From the NCBI GenBank assembly GCA_025558095.1, contig JAIVFI010000026.1, positions 124,001-188,000 on the forward strand: 64,000 nucleotides of DNA, given 5' to 3'. Position 1 is the stretch's first letter. Every line of letters starts with the position of its first letter. The notes under the pieces were generated by a model. That model worked only from the letters and a program-made list of their open reading frames with translations. It was not told the DNA's origin and searched no databases. Shown one piece after another: positions 31,504-43,085 of the stretch. The translations under genes and the position numbers were made by a program. This stretch comes from Hyaloraphidium curvatum SAG 235-1. Its lineage: Eukaryota > Fungi > Monoblepharomycota.

Positions 31504-33936
31504 ATGGACCCGCGCACGGCCGTGGAACCGAATCCTGAGCTGTTTTTAGCGCCACCTGAGGAGACTGCGCCGGCGGAGGCCGCGATTCACTCGGTGCGGT
31601 CCGCCGAGGCGGCTCCGCCGGCCAATGGGGCGGCGACGGCAGACGGCGCTACGGACGCCCTGTTTCTGCCGTACTCGGACGACTATGCCTTTTCGCTGAC
31701 GGCGGAGCAGCTGGCGTCCGTCGGGCGGCCGGCAAAGACCGACGGCGGCACGGCCCTGCTCCGCTTCTCCGTGCGTGCCGCGCTCCGGGCCGTGGTCGGA
31801 AGCGACGACATTGAGGGCGACGACGACGACGGCCACGCGGAAGAACAAACATTGGATCCAGAGCGGCCCTTGGAAGCGGTGTCCGTGGGGGAGCCAAAGG
31901 CCAACGCGCGGACGGTCGTTACTGAGGACTTCAAATGGGCACCCCTTCTTGCCCACATGGAACTCCGACGAATCCAGCGCTTGAGGACGGGCTATGCCGT
32001 GGCGCCGGACCAGAACACCACGCTGTTCCTCCTGCTCGTCGTCATCGCGATGCTTTTTACCCTGTTCACCTTGGCCGACAGATTTGCCGTCCTCAACATC
32101 TCCCAGGCCTTTTCGTTCGAGATCTGGGCCTGGGTCATCATGGGCTTCGTCCTCTTCCCGGGCGTGCTCATCCTGCGGTTCACCGTGCCGCCGTACGTGC
32201 GGCTCTCGTGGCTTTGGCTCTCGTGCGGGTTCATCGCCGGCCTCATCGCCTGGCTTGACGCGTCGCGGAAGCTGGTCGACCTCGTCTATCCGCCGGGACC
32301 GTGCCAGGACATTGGGGGCGGCACCGTTTCGGACCAGTGCGAGGCCGCGGCGGAGGCTCTCCTGGACAAGGTCCTGACGGTGATCATAGTCATGTGTTCC
32401 CTCGGCGGCGCATTGGCGCTCGCGACAATTATTATCTCGCTCCTGCGGAACCGGATCTACGGCTTCTTCATCGGGAGACACTCGAACGATCCCGCTTTCC
32501 TGACCCGCTTCTTTTCGGTCCGGCCGGCGCCGGATCGAAAGGCGGTTTTCGCGTGCACTTTCGTCCGCCCCTTCCCGCTTTCTTTCAAGCAAAAGCGACA
32601 GACCTTCGTGTACACGGGCGGCGTGGACTCGGCCGGCTTCGCCTCGGGCTACGGCCGCGTGAACGACACGGGTGGGGAGGTCCTCGAAGGCTTCTTCGAG
32701 AAGGGTCTCCCCTCGGCCCCGTACGTGTCCCAGGAGCGCGCGCGGTTCAGTGCCTTCGATGCGCGGAGGGTGGGCACCTGTGGCGCCACCGGGCCCGGTG
32801 ACAAATGGTCTCGCAGTGGCACCGTGCGCGACCCTGCGGGCCTGTTTTGGGGCGTGGCGGCGGTGGAGGTCTCCGCGGCGGGCCGGTTCTTCCGGAACCT
32901 GCCGGCCCGGAAACTGGTGCTCCGCCCCTGCGTGGCTCCCGGGGACTTTGGCACCCACCTGCGGGCGACGGTGCTCCCTTCCCTGCGCGCCGGGATCCCG
33001 GACTCGGTCCACGGCCGCGGCGGCGACCCCGGGGAGGCGATCATCTACGTGCACGGGCTGAAGCAGTCGCTCGCGTCGGCGTGCTGCAAGCTCGTCCAGC
33101 TTTTGGCGCTGACCTCCTTGCCGGGCACCAAGTACTCGCTCTGGTGCTTCGACTGGCCGGCGGGGAGCGTGTTCACCTTTTCCAAGACCCGCATGGAGAG
33201 CGCGAGCGAGCAGACGGAGCTCGAGTTCGGGCGGTTTCTGGACGGGCTCGCGGCGGCCGGGTACCGGCGGTTCCACATCATCGGCCACAGGTGAAGGTCA
33301 TTCTGGCACGTGTGAAACGTCACTCATTGCCCCTCCACTTATCAGCATGGGATGCCGGGTCTCTACCAACCTCGCCAGGAACGACGGGCAGGGCCTCGCC
33401 AGGTTGTTCAGACCATGTCGGGGTGTGCCGGGCGCCGCAAAGGACGCTGGCAAGGCCGAGCTGGCGTCCCTCATGTTGGTCCATCGCGGGTTCCTATTCA
33501 TCCTTGGCTCATCCCTCCGTCCCACAGACTGATCAACCCCGAGATCCTGCTCGAAGACTTCATCGCAAACCGCTTCCCCGCCCTGCACCGCTTCTGCCCC
33601 TCCATCACCGTCTACGCGGATAAGTCTGACCGCGCGCTCAAGATCGCCGAGCTCATCGGCGGCGAGCCCACTCTGGGCCGCAACCCGGACCTGGTCATGG
33701 ACCGCGACGCCGAGGGCCGGCCCCGGTACCTCGACGTGGACATCGTCGACAACACCCACCTCGTCGCCAACATCAATTCGATCAGACATTCGTATTTCAG
33801 CCTGAACAGCATGCTGGTGGACGACATCAAGTCGATCGTGGAGGAGCGGCTACTGCGGGCGCGCGACCGGCGGACGCTGCGGTCAAAGGGCGGAAACGTC
33901 TTCGGGTTCCTTGTAGCGCCCAGCTTCGCATCCTAG
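31504..33936 (+). CDS. Membrane protein with C-terminal DUF900-like alpha/beta hydrolase
   Basis: About 4 TM helices, then AIIYVHG, CFDWPAG, nucleophile elbow IIGHSMG (split by intron 33291-33345), ITVYADKSDRAL, and HSYF. Confidence 0.8.
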
Positions 33937-34289
33937 GCGAGATCAGTAGGCACTAAGATACAATGGCCCCCATGCGAACATTTCGCCCGCTGCCGGCCAG
34001 GGTCTCGGTCACAGTTCTCACCAGCCCTCGGTGGCCGCACCTCCCGGTCCGGGGCGCTGCTGGATGCCAAACCGCGCCGAGCATCGGGACCAAAAACAGC
34101 TCGAGGCTCCAGTTGTCTGCATCGAGGAGGTGGGCGGTCTGGAACTCCATTGCTGCTGCGACTTGGTTGGCGGTGACGCAATGTGGCTTGGGTTCTCAGA
34201 CGTCCTTGACTCAATGACCGGGGGTTACGAGCCAAAATTCTGTCCCTCACGTCGACGTTCGTCATCTCGTCGTTCACTGCGCTCGAAAA

Positions 34290-35136
34290 ATGAACCGCGC
34301 CCTGCTCTTCTTCACTGGTGAGGCCCCTTTCGCCCGCCTCCCTCGCCAGACATTGAACCCCCGGCCCAGCGCTCGCGCTCCTCGTCGCCGGGAGCGCCGC
34401 GGCCTCCACCGCGCCCGCCAAGCTCGCCCCCCGTTCCATCCTTACCGACAACTACGACTGCATCTGCCGCACCAAGTGTGACTACAGCCTCTTCTCCTGG
34501 TTTCAGAAGTGGTGCGAGACCCCCACGGGCTGCGGGAAGAAGGAGTCCCCCCTCATCGGCAACTCGTACTGGTGGGATTACTGCGACCAGGGCAAGACGG
34601 ACACCCCCCGGCCGTCGACACCCAGCACCTCCTCCGGATCTTCCTCTGGGGGATCTTCCTCGTCCTCGGGCGGATCATCCTCGTCCTCCGGGGCATCAAC
34701 CGCATCGCAAGCACCCCCGGCAACTCAAGGCTCCGGATCTCTCGCCGTCTACGGAAGCTCCGGCTGCTCGGACCCCCCCGCCTACCGCTTCGACCTACAG
34801 GCCTGCATCCCTGTCAAGGGCTTGATGGGACTCGTCCCCCTGGGTTCGGTGCGGGTCAGCTGCACGGGCCAGGGCGACTACTCCGTCTCCATCTACGGCA
34901 TCGACACGGGCTGCTCCGGCAACCGCCTGACGGACTTCACGGTGCCGTCGTACCAGAGTGCCTGCTACACCCTGCCCGGGCAGTTGAGCGGGTGGTCGCT
35001 CGGCCTCGCCGGGTGCCAGGCCCAGCCGCAGCCCCAGCAGGCTCCGATGAGGTCGGGAGCCGGCGCTGCGGGATCGGTCGGGAAGACGATCGGCGCAGCG
35101 GCGGTCGTCGTGGCCGCCGCCGCCCTTGCCGTGTGA
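34290..35136 (+). CDS. Small secreted, probably GPI-anchored Cys-rich protein
   Basis: Signal peptide split by intron ~34318-34370. Domain CICRTKC..KWCETPTGCG..WWDYC, Ser/Gly linker, second Cys domain, hydrophobic C-terminus after SGA. Confidence 0.7.
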
Positions 35137-35496
35137 TCCTCAAGTGATCTAAGACCGCCAAGGCAGAACCAGGACGGTGGAAGGTGGATTCCGGTGGAAG
35201 GAAGCAACTGCCTGAAGCAGACATTCTTTACTTAGAGTGTACAGCAAGAACCGTGCGCCTCTTCGTCGTTTCACTCCGCGATTCGGCCCGGACCACCATG
35301 ATGTCGCCGTCGAGAATAACCTCGTCCGCGTCACCGGTCCTTCACATCCGCTCCCTCGTGGTGGAACCTGCGCTATTCGATCGAAAGGCGCGAGCCGTGT
35401 GGACACTGTGGCCGGACGGCCATTGGCGGTGGCTGTGTTGTTTGTCGGCGCCCGTCGCCACATCTCGAGTCGCGGGAGACATCTGCAGCCAAAGAG

Positions 35497-36416
35497 ATGG
35501 GGCACCTCGGCAGCACGGTCCTCTTTGCGCTGACGCGCGGCGCTGCGGGACGCGAGGTAAACTCCCAAAGACGCCATGTTCGCGGAGCCGCGCTGACGTC
35601 TCCCGGTCCAACGTCGACCAGGACGAGTTCGAAGACTGGTGCGAACCATTCCGCCGCACTCCTGGTTCCCGAATGACCTACTGTCTTCCTTTTCTAGGTA
35701 TCAGACCCAGCACCTCGTCGACGTCACCAAGTTCGACGGCGTGCACGACGGGCAGCGCTACAAGCTCGCGGATGCCTTTGCCGGGACCTTCCCCGCCGAC
35801 ACCCTCGCATTCTACACTCTCGAACCCGACAACGGCATCGCGCGGTTCGGGGCTGCCGCGGCCAAGGCCGTCGCGGGAAACGCCGAGGCGGCAAAGACCG
35901 GGGCCGTGCCCCCGATGCGCATGACGGATTCGATCGACGGCGGCAAGACGGAGACGTTCATGTGCGAGGCTGCGACGGAGGAGCTCTGGAATCCCGCGGC
36001 CGACAAGGGGGCCAAGGCGGTGTCCCTGTTCGCCGCCCTGAGTGGGTACACCCAAATCCGCACCGCGGCGGATCGGAGAGCTGACGGCTGCCTCCCCAGC
36101 CAACGCGCTGCCGGGCCAGGAAGCCGTCTTTGCCAAATGGTACGACGCGGTGCACATCCAGGAGGTCGTCGCGATCCCCGGCTTCCTTTCCGCACGGCGG
36201 TACCACACCAAGGGCGGCGTCGACGGCAAGCCCAGCACCCACGCCTCGCTCGCCCTTTACACTTGCTCGGTGTCGCCCGAGGAGGCCAAGAAGGCGCTGC
36301 TGGCCGCCGCGCCAAAGTTCACAATGGAGAACGCGGGGATCGACGGGGCGGCGACGAGGGCGTCGTGGTGGGTGCCGACGGGTGGACCGAAGGTCACCAA
36401 GGGAGAGAGTGATTAG
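35497..36416 (+). CDS. Tandem EthD/DUF4286-like dimeric alpha-beta barrel protein
   Basis: After splicing three introns, two similar halves: EDEFEDWYQTQHLVDVTKFDGVHDGQRY and EAVFAKWYDAVHIQEVVAIPGFLSARRY. Confidence 0.75.
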
Positions 36417-36532
36417 GTGCAGTTGAACTGGATGATGTCGTGGTGTGAGTAGAGCATGGTCAATCAATCAATCCTTTCTTAGCATGTACATAACACCGAC
36501 AAGAACCGTGCATCAGTTTACATACTCCTCGT

Positions 36533-39500
36533 TCAGTCCGACGACTCGGCCCGGATGACCGTGTTGCCCGCGCCGAAATCATCGTCCGCCCTTCCCCCCT
36601 TCACGTCCGCCCCCTCGTGGCCGACTTCGCCCCCCACGACCTCCTCAATCAGGCTGAGGGCTTCCGCGTTCGCCGGCCCGCCCGGCGGGATGACGCCCGA
36701 GTCCAGGCCGAGGAGGTACTTTTCCAGCGCGGAGCGGAACCGCGGGAACGTGAGCGGCTTGGTCAGGTAGTCCGTCATTCCCGCCTCGAGGCACTTTTCC
36801 CGGTCCCCCCGCATGGCGTGGGCAGTGAGCGCGATGATGGGCACACCAGGGTCGCCGGCCTCCCCCGCCCGGATCCTCCGCGTGGCCTCGAGCCCGTCCA
36901 TGACCGGCATCTGCACGTCCATCATCACCAGGTCGAACGTCCTGGCGCGCAGCAGCTCCAGGGCCTCGGCACCGTTGTGCGCCGCCTCCCCCCTGGCGCC
37001 GGCCTTGCGGAGCAGACCCTGGGCGACCTGCTGGTTGACCGGGTTGTCCTCCACCACGAGCACCACGAAACCCGCCAGCGCGGCCTTTCGCGCGGCCTCC
37101 TCTGCGTCCTCGGGGCGGTGCTTCCTCGACGGCGGTGGCGTCCCCGACACCGGGCTGCCCCTGCCGTCGCCGACCAGGTGCGCCGTGCAGTCCTGCAGGT
37201 GGATCTGGCTCACGGGCCGCGGCAGGACCGCCGTCACCGCCACGCCGGGCACCGTGGGCGGCGGTTCCCTGAGCGTCACCGGCCTCACCAGCACGATCTC
37301 GGGCCTCCCCACCCTCCCGGCCTTGCCCGCAATCGCGCGGAGAAACTCCATCCCCACCCTGTCGGGCGCCGTGTCCTCGACCACCACCATGCTGAACGGA
37401 TCCCGCGCCCTGCGCGCCTCGACCAGCGCCGCCACCGCGTCCGCCGGCGACCCCGCCCACGCCGATCGCAGCCCCAGCGACGCCAGGATCTCGGTCGCCG
37501 CCTCGCGCTGCGGCTCGGACCGCTCGAGGAGGAGCACCCTCGCCGCCCTGTCCGACACCCCCGCCCCCGCGGCCCCCTCGTCGGGCCGGGCCGCGACCCG
37601 CACCTCGAACTCGAACAGCGAGCCGACCCCCTCCTCGCTCTCGAGGCGGATGCTGCCCCCCATGAGCTCCACCAGCTCCCTGCATATCGCCAGGCCGAGC
37701 CCCGACCCGCCGTACCGCCGCGTGACCGACGCGTCGACCTGAACAAACTGGTTGAACAGCTTGTCCCTCGCCCGCTCCGGGATCCCGATCCCCGTGTCCC
37801 TCACTTGGAACCTCAGCCCCCCCGGCGCCGGGAACGCCCTCACGCTCACCTCCCCCCGCTCGGTGAACTTGATCCCGTTGGCCACGAGGTTGGCGAGCAC
37901 CTGCCTCAGCCGGCCGGGATCGCCGTGCAGCTTCCTCGGCGCGTCGGGGGCTGCGGAACACGAGAGCTCGATGCCCTTGTTGTGCGCGCGCGGGGCGAAG
38001 GAGGCCGCGAGGTCCGAGAGGAGGGTGGGGAGGTCAAAGTCCAGGCGCTCGAGCTCGACCTTGCCGGCCTGGACCTTGGAGAGGTCGAGGACGTCGTTGA
38101 TGAGGGCGAGGAGGGATTCGGCCGAGGCGCGGACGGTGTCGGCGAGCTGGGTCTGCTCGGGGGAGAGGTCGGTGTCGAGGAGGAGGCCCGAGAGGCCGAT
38201 GACGCCGTTGAGGGGGGTGCGGATCTCGTGCGACTGGAAAGAGGGGAACGTGAGGCGAGCTCGGGCATCGGGGCGGCCGCGACGAACCATGTTTGCGAGG
38301 AACTCGGCCTTGGCCTTGGCCGACGCCTCTGCCGCCGTGGCCGCCGCCTCGGCCTTCTTCCTCGCCTCCTCCAGCATCTCCTCGTACCGCTGTTGCGCCG
38401 TCGCGTCCCTCGTCGTGGTCAGGAGCACCCTGTGCCCCTCGAGGCGGAAGCTCGACGCCGTGCTCTCGCCCCAGAACTCGGACCCGTCGCGGCGGCGGTG
38501 CCGCGCGCGGAAAACCTGCAGGCATCCATCCGTGCGGACGAGCTCGAGGAAGCGGCGGGTGTCCTCGTCGGAGGAGAAAAAGTTGCCGGCGACCTCGCGG
38601 AAGGGGCGGCCGAGGACCTGGTCCCGCGGCAGGCCGGCGAGCCGCTCGAAGCCCGAGTTGACCTCGAGCACGGTGCCGAGCACGAGGTCCACCAAGTAGA
38701 TCGCATCGGTCGAGGCCTCGAAGGCCAGCGTGAACTTTTGCCGGCTGGCGGCGAGCTGCGCGCGGATGTGGCGGTGGCGGAGGGTCTTGCCGTATCTGGG
38801 GGTGCGGCACGTGGTAAGAAAGTCGGACCCGGCGATCTCGAAGGACGTACGCGACGACGGCGACGGCGCCCCAGAGGAGGGCGAAGAAGGCGGCGTTGAT
38901 GAGTGCCGGGGAGAGCGCCGAGGCGGCGTAGGTGACGGCAAAGGTGACGGCGACACCGATGGCCCAGGTGGCGAGGATCACGGGCAGGTCGAGCACGTTT
39001 GCGGCGAGCACGCAGGGGGCGGCTGCCATGGTGATGAACGCCGCCGAGACGGGCTGCAGCGTTTGGTACATGATGCCCGAGGCGATGACAGCCGCGCAGC
39101 CTGGCCACATGAGCGTGTACGGGCCGAGGGTGCTGCGGGTGAGCAGCCACAGCGTGGCGGTCGAGGCCAGCAGCGCGACGGCGACGGTGGGCCACAGGCG
39201 CTGGCCTGGAGGAGCCATGGCGACCATGACCACGACTGCGGCCGAGGCGCAGGTGCCGACCACCACGGCGGCCAGCCGCAGGATTGCCTTTGCTCCATCG
39301 TCGAAGATCGACTGCCCCAGCTCGCCGAACGGGGAGTTGGGGTCGTCCGAGGGCAGCGCCGGCGTGGGCGGCCCGGTGCCGATCAGGGTCAGGCTCCTGT
39401 CCACCCGCTCGCCGAGGTACGCGACGCCGGGGTGCGAGGGGCGGCGGTGCGAAGGCGAGGCGTCGGCGGCTGCGGCGGAGGCGTCCAGGTTGTGCGGCCG

Positions 39501-39791
39501 GTTGGGCACGCCGGCGTCGGGGAGCCGCAGCGCGCGGCGGGCCCGCAGCCCCGGCCGCCCCGGCTGGGCAGGCGGCTTCTCCTCCCTCTGCACGTCCCAA
39601 ATGCCCTCGGAGGTCTCAGCAGCTCCGGCGGCGTCCATCGGCGGCAGCGGTTGCGCCCCGCCGCCGCCGCCCTCCGCCTCCCCGCCGGCCGCGTCCCCCG
39701 CGCCGCCGCCGCCCATCACGCCGCCCGCTGCTTCCGACGCCCGTGTGAAGCGGATTTTCACGCCGTCCCCGGGCCCCGGTCCGTCGGGCAT
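36533..39791 (-). CDS. Membrane-bound hybrid histidine kinase (TM, PAS, HisKA, HATPase, pseudo-REC, REC)
   Basis: FLANM/SHEIRTPLNG (H-box, intron 38234-38287), LVANGIKFT, DTGIGI, GGSGLGL, VVEDNPVNQ...MMDVQMP...TKP. PAS domain DAIYLVD..VNSGFERLAG..RRDGSEFW. Confidence 0.92.
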
Positions 39792-40063
39792 CGCGGGGCG
39801 CGCGTCCGACGGAAGGGTCGATGACGGGCACAGCCAATTATAGGGGACGCCCTGGACGAGGCCCCGAGCCACTCGACTACCATCCGAAGATAAACTGTTC
39901 CGGCGACTTCCGCATACATAGGCGGACTCCACTGTTCCAATTGCCGGGGTTCCGGCGCCCTTTTTCGACACTCCATAAGCGATAGACACAGCTCGTGCTG
40001 CCGTACCAACTCGAGATAAGGACGATACGTAGGCTTGAGGCACGTTGTGCCAGATGTAGACAA

Positions 40064-42435
40064 TCAGATGCCGAAGCAGACCGCGTTGGGGTTGCAGATG
40101 CCCTTGAAGCAGCACTGCGGCGCACGGCAAGTCAGTCTCTCCGCACCTCGCCCCGCGACGTCGACCCACCCCGCTGGCGCACTCGTTCCCGCTGGCCGTG
40201 CACGACGCACCCAGCTCCTTCCGCGACCCCGCGAAGCACGAGTTGGCGGGGGAGCAGGTGCCGCCGAGGCAGCATCCGGAGGCGCACTGCCGCGGGTCTG
40301 AGGCGGTACAGGCGGCGCCGTCCGCGCCGCCGGGGAAGCAGGTCGTGTGGGGGGCTGCCGAACGCGGTCAGCGGATGCGGATACGGATGGAATGGTGCGC
40401 GGGAAGAAACCCACAGCAGGTGCCTTGGTAGCAGCATCCCGTGCCGGGGCACTGCTGGATGCTGGATTCCGTGCACGGGGGCGACGGAGGCCGCACGGAC
40501 GAGGTCACCGTGGCCGTCGCGGTGGCCGTGGCGGTGGTCTGCGTCGCCGTGGCGGTCACGGTCGCGGTGGTGGTCGTGGATGCGGCGATCTGGGCCTGCA
40601 GCCGGAGGTCGCTAAGGTCCTGCCCCAGCGCGACGCCGGCCGGCCTCGGGTCTGCATCACGAACAAGTCAGCAACGCAGTCGGATCCGCCCGCCGTGCGA
40701 CCTACCAGGCAGCTGAGACTGCGGCAGCACGCTCCCCGTCCCGTTCCTCGCAAAGTACTGCACCTGCCCGCCCACCCCGGCCTGCCTCTTTGTGATGTTC
40801 GCCGGCACGAACCGCGGCCAGGGCTCCCCCCCGCGCGCAAACACCCCCCACGCGTCCTGCACGAGCTTCTGCGTCGCGTTCTCCTCCGCCGTCCTGACCG
40901 CCGCGTAGCCGTCGAACACGAACGGGATCTCGGCCGAGTGGTACGCCCCGAGGCTAAGGTTCCCCAGCCCCAGGGCGGCCTGGATGCCGCGCTCGACGAT
41001 GCCGACGTAGCTGTTGAACCTGTACAGGTAGATGGGCGCGCCGACGTCCGAGGTGAAGGTCTGCGTGGGGGCCTCGAAGACGCCGTCGGTCACGGAGGCC
41101 GCGGCCTTGTAGAACGGGCCCGAGATGTTGCTGTAGACGGCCGTGACGGGCTGCGGGTACAGCGGGCCGAAGTTCGCGGCCCAGAACTCCTGCAGGGACT
41201 CGTTGGTGGTGATCTTGCCCAGGCCGCCGCCGACAAAGATCGTCCCTTCGTCCTGATTGGTGCCAATCATGACGGCCTCGAGCGGCGGGCGCGGTTTCGC
41301 CTGGGTCTGCACGCGGGGGTAGTCCTTCACGACGATACCGTCGATCATCGGCAGGGCGCCGCCGAAATCCTTGGTCATGTTGGTGCCGACGAAGAAGGCG
41401 CCGTCGATGGCGATGGTCGGGAGGGCCTTCATGGTGGCGACCTGCTGCGCGGCGCTGAGGCCCGTGAGGTTGAGGAACCGGGTCATCTGGCCGTAGTAGC
41501 TGTTGGCGATGACCGAGTTGATGGCGGCGAGGGTCTCGGCGGTGCCAGACTCCATGATGGCGCGGTTGAACGCCGGCGTTGGCCTGTCGGGCGGCAGGTC
41601 AGCGACCACCTGGTCTGGCGCGCCGCGCCACAACCCTACCAGTTGAGGATGAGGTAGCCGATGGTGATGCTGCCCGCCGACTCGCCAAACACGGTGATCT
41701 TGCTCGGGTCCCCGCCGAACGCAGCGATGTTGTTCTTGACCCAGGTCAGCCCGGCCCTGGCGTCCTGGAACCCGTAGTTGGTCCCGCTGCCGTTGGAGGC
41801 GGCGAGGAACGCCGACCCGGGCGGGAACCCGTACGGCCCGAGGCGGTAGTTGATGGCGGCCACGGTCACATTTTGGGCGTTTGCGAGCTGCGCGCCGTTG
41901 TAGGCCGATTCCATGGCCGAGCCGCTGACGAGCGAGCCGCCGTGGATCCAGACCATGACGGGGCATCCGGCGGCGGGGCAGCGGCCCTGCGGCGGGGCGA
42001 ACACGTTGACCTGCAGGCATTGCTCGGAGATGGGGATCGAGGTACCGCACTCGCTCGTCGCTTGTTTGGGCTGCTCGCAGCAGACGCCGGGGCCGGTGGC
42101 GTTGAGCGTGCCATTGAAGGACGGGTTGGGGACCGGGGCCTCCCAGCGGTTGGCGGTCGCATACGGGATGCCGATGAAGCTGCGGTGCACCTGTCAGCGG
42201 GGGAGGGTGACTCAGGTGGCGCACCGCACCTCCTGCCCAGCGGCGACGACGATCCAACGACAGTGCCCTGCGGGAGCGTGACCGTCGCGTTGGCGCCCTG
42301 CCGCGCGGCCAGGTGGTGCGCCGGCGGGAACGGGTCGAGCCCCGGCGGGAACGGCACGGCGAGCGGCTGCATGAGCGCCGCGGCCGCGGGCGACGCCGCC
42401 GCCGCAATCAGCGCGGCAAATATGAACAGCTTCAT
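40064..42435 (-). CDS. Secreted type-B carboxylesterase with Thr linker and three Cys-rich repeats
   Basis: Signal peptide, FIGIPYA, SEQCLQVNV, WIHGGS, FGGDPSKITVFGESAG (Ser), DEGTIF (Glu), AYHSAEI (His). Tail exons 40064-40650 encode the Cys repeats. Confidence 0.85.
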
Positions 42436-43085
42436 GGCGCGGCGGGGCGCGATGGACGGCGCGGCGGGGGATGTCGCGGTTGGGAGACGATGGGCCCCGA
42501 GAATCCGAGCCCTGAAGTCGTCACTACTCGTCCCCTGTCGCACCCCGACCGTCCTTGACGCCCATCGCACCATCGGACAAAGACTTCGACGATGGAGTTG
42601 CATTAAAGTGAACGTTTCGTATTGGATCCGCCCACTCCGCTTGTATCTTCGGGGGGCTGCGGTGAACATTTCGCCGAGCGGTTCGTGCTGGCGCGAGGGT
42701 ATAAAGTTCGTTCGGGTTCTACAAACAGAAGATCCATCTTTCTACCGGAAACCGCCTGGAGGCACGTCCCTTTCCGATCGTGTTCCTCAGCCGGCGGTGC
42801 TCGCCATCGTGTATCGCACCAGCGCACTCGACGGAAAATCCCGAACCACCTGCGATTGAGATGTTTCGAAAGCATCCTTTCGGATCGGATCGAGGTCGCG
42901 GGCAAACATCTTCGGATCATTGGGATCCGCCGCCCCCGCGTGATAGCGCCGTGGCGATCGGCGTCGCGTCGGCGCGTCGGCGCCGACTCGCCAAAACCCG
43001 TTCGTCTATAGTCCCCGACCTCCCGAAGGCCCCGAGGCGCCTTCTTTTCACCAGCCGTACCTTCCTGCCCTTTCAAAACTCCACG

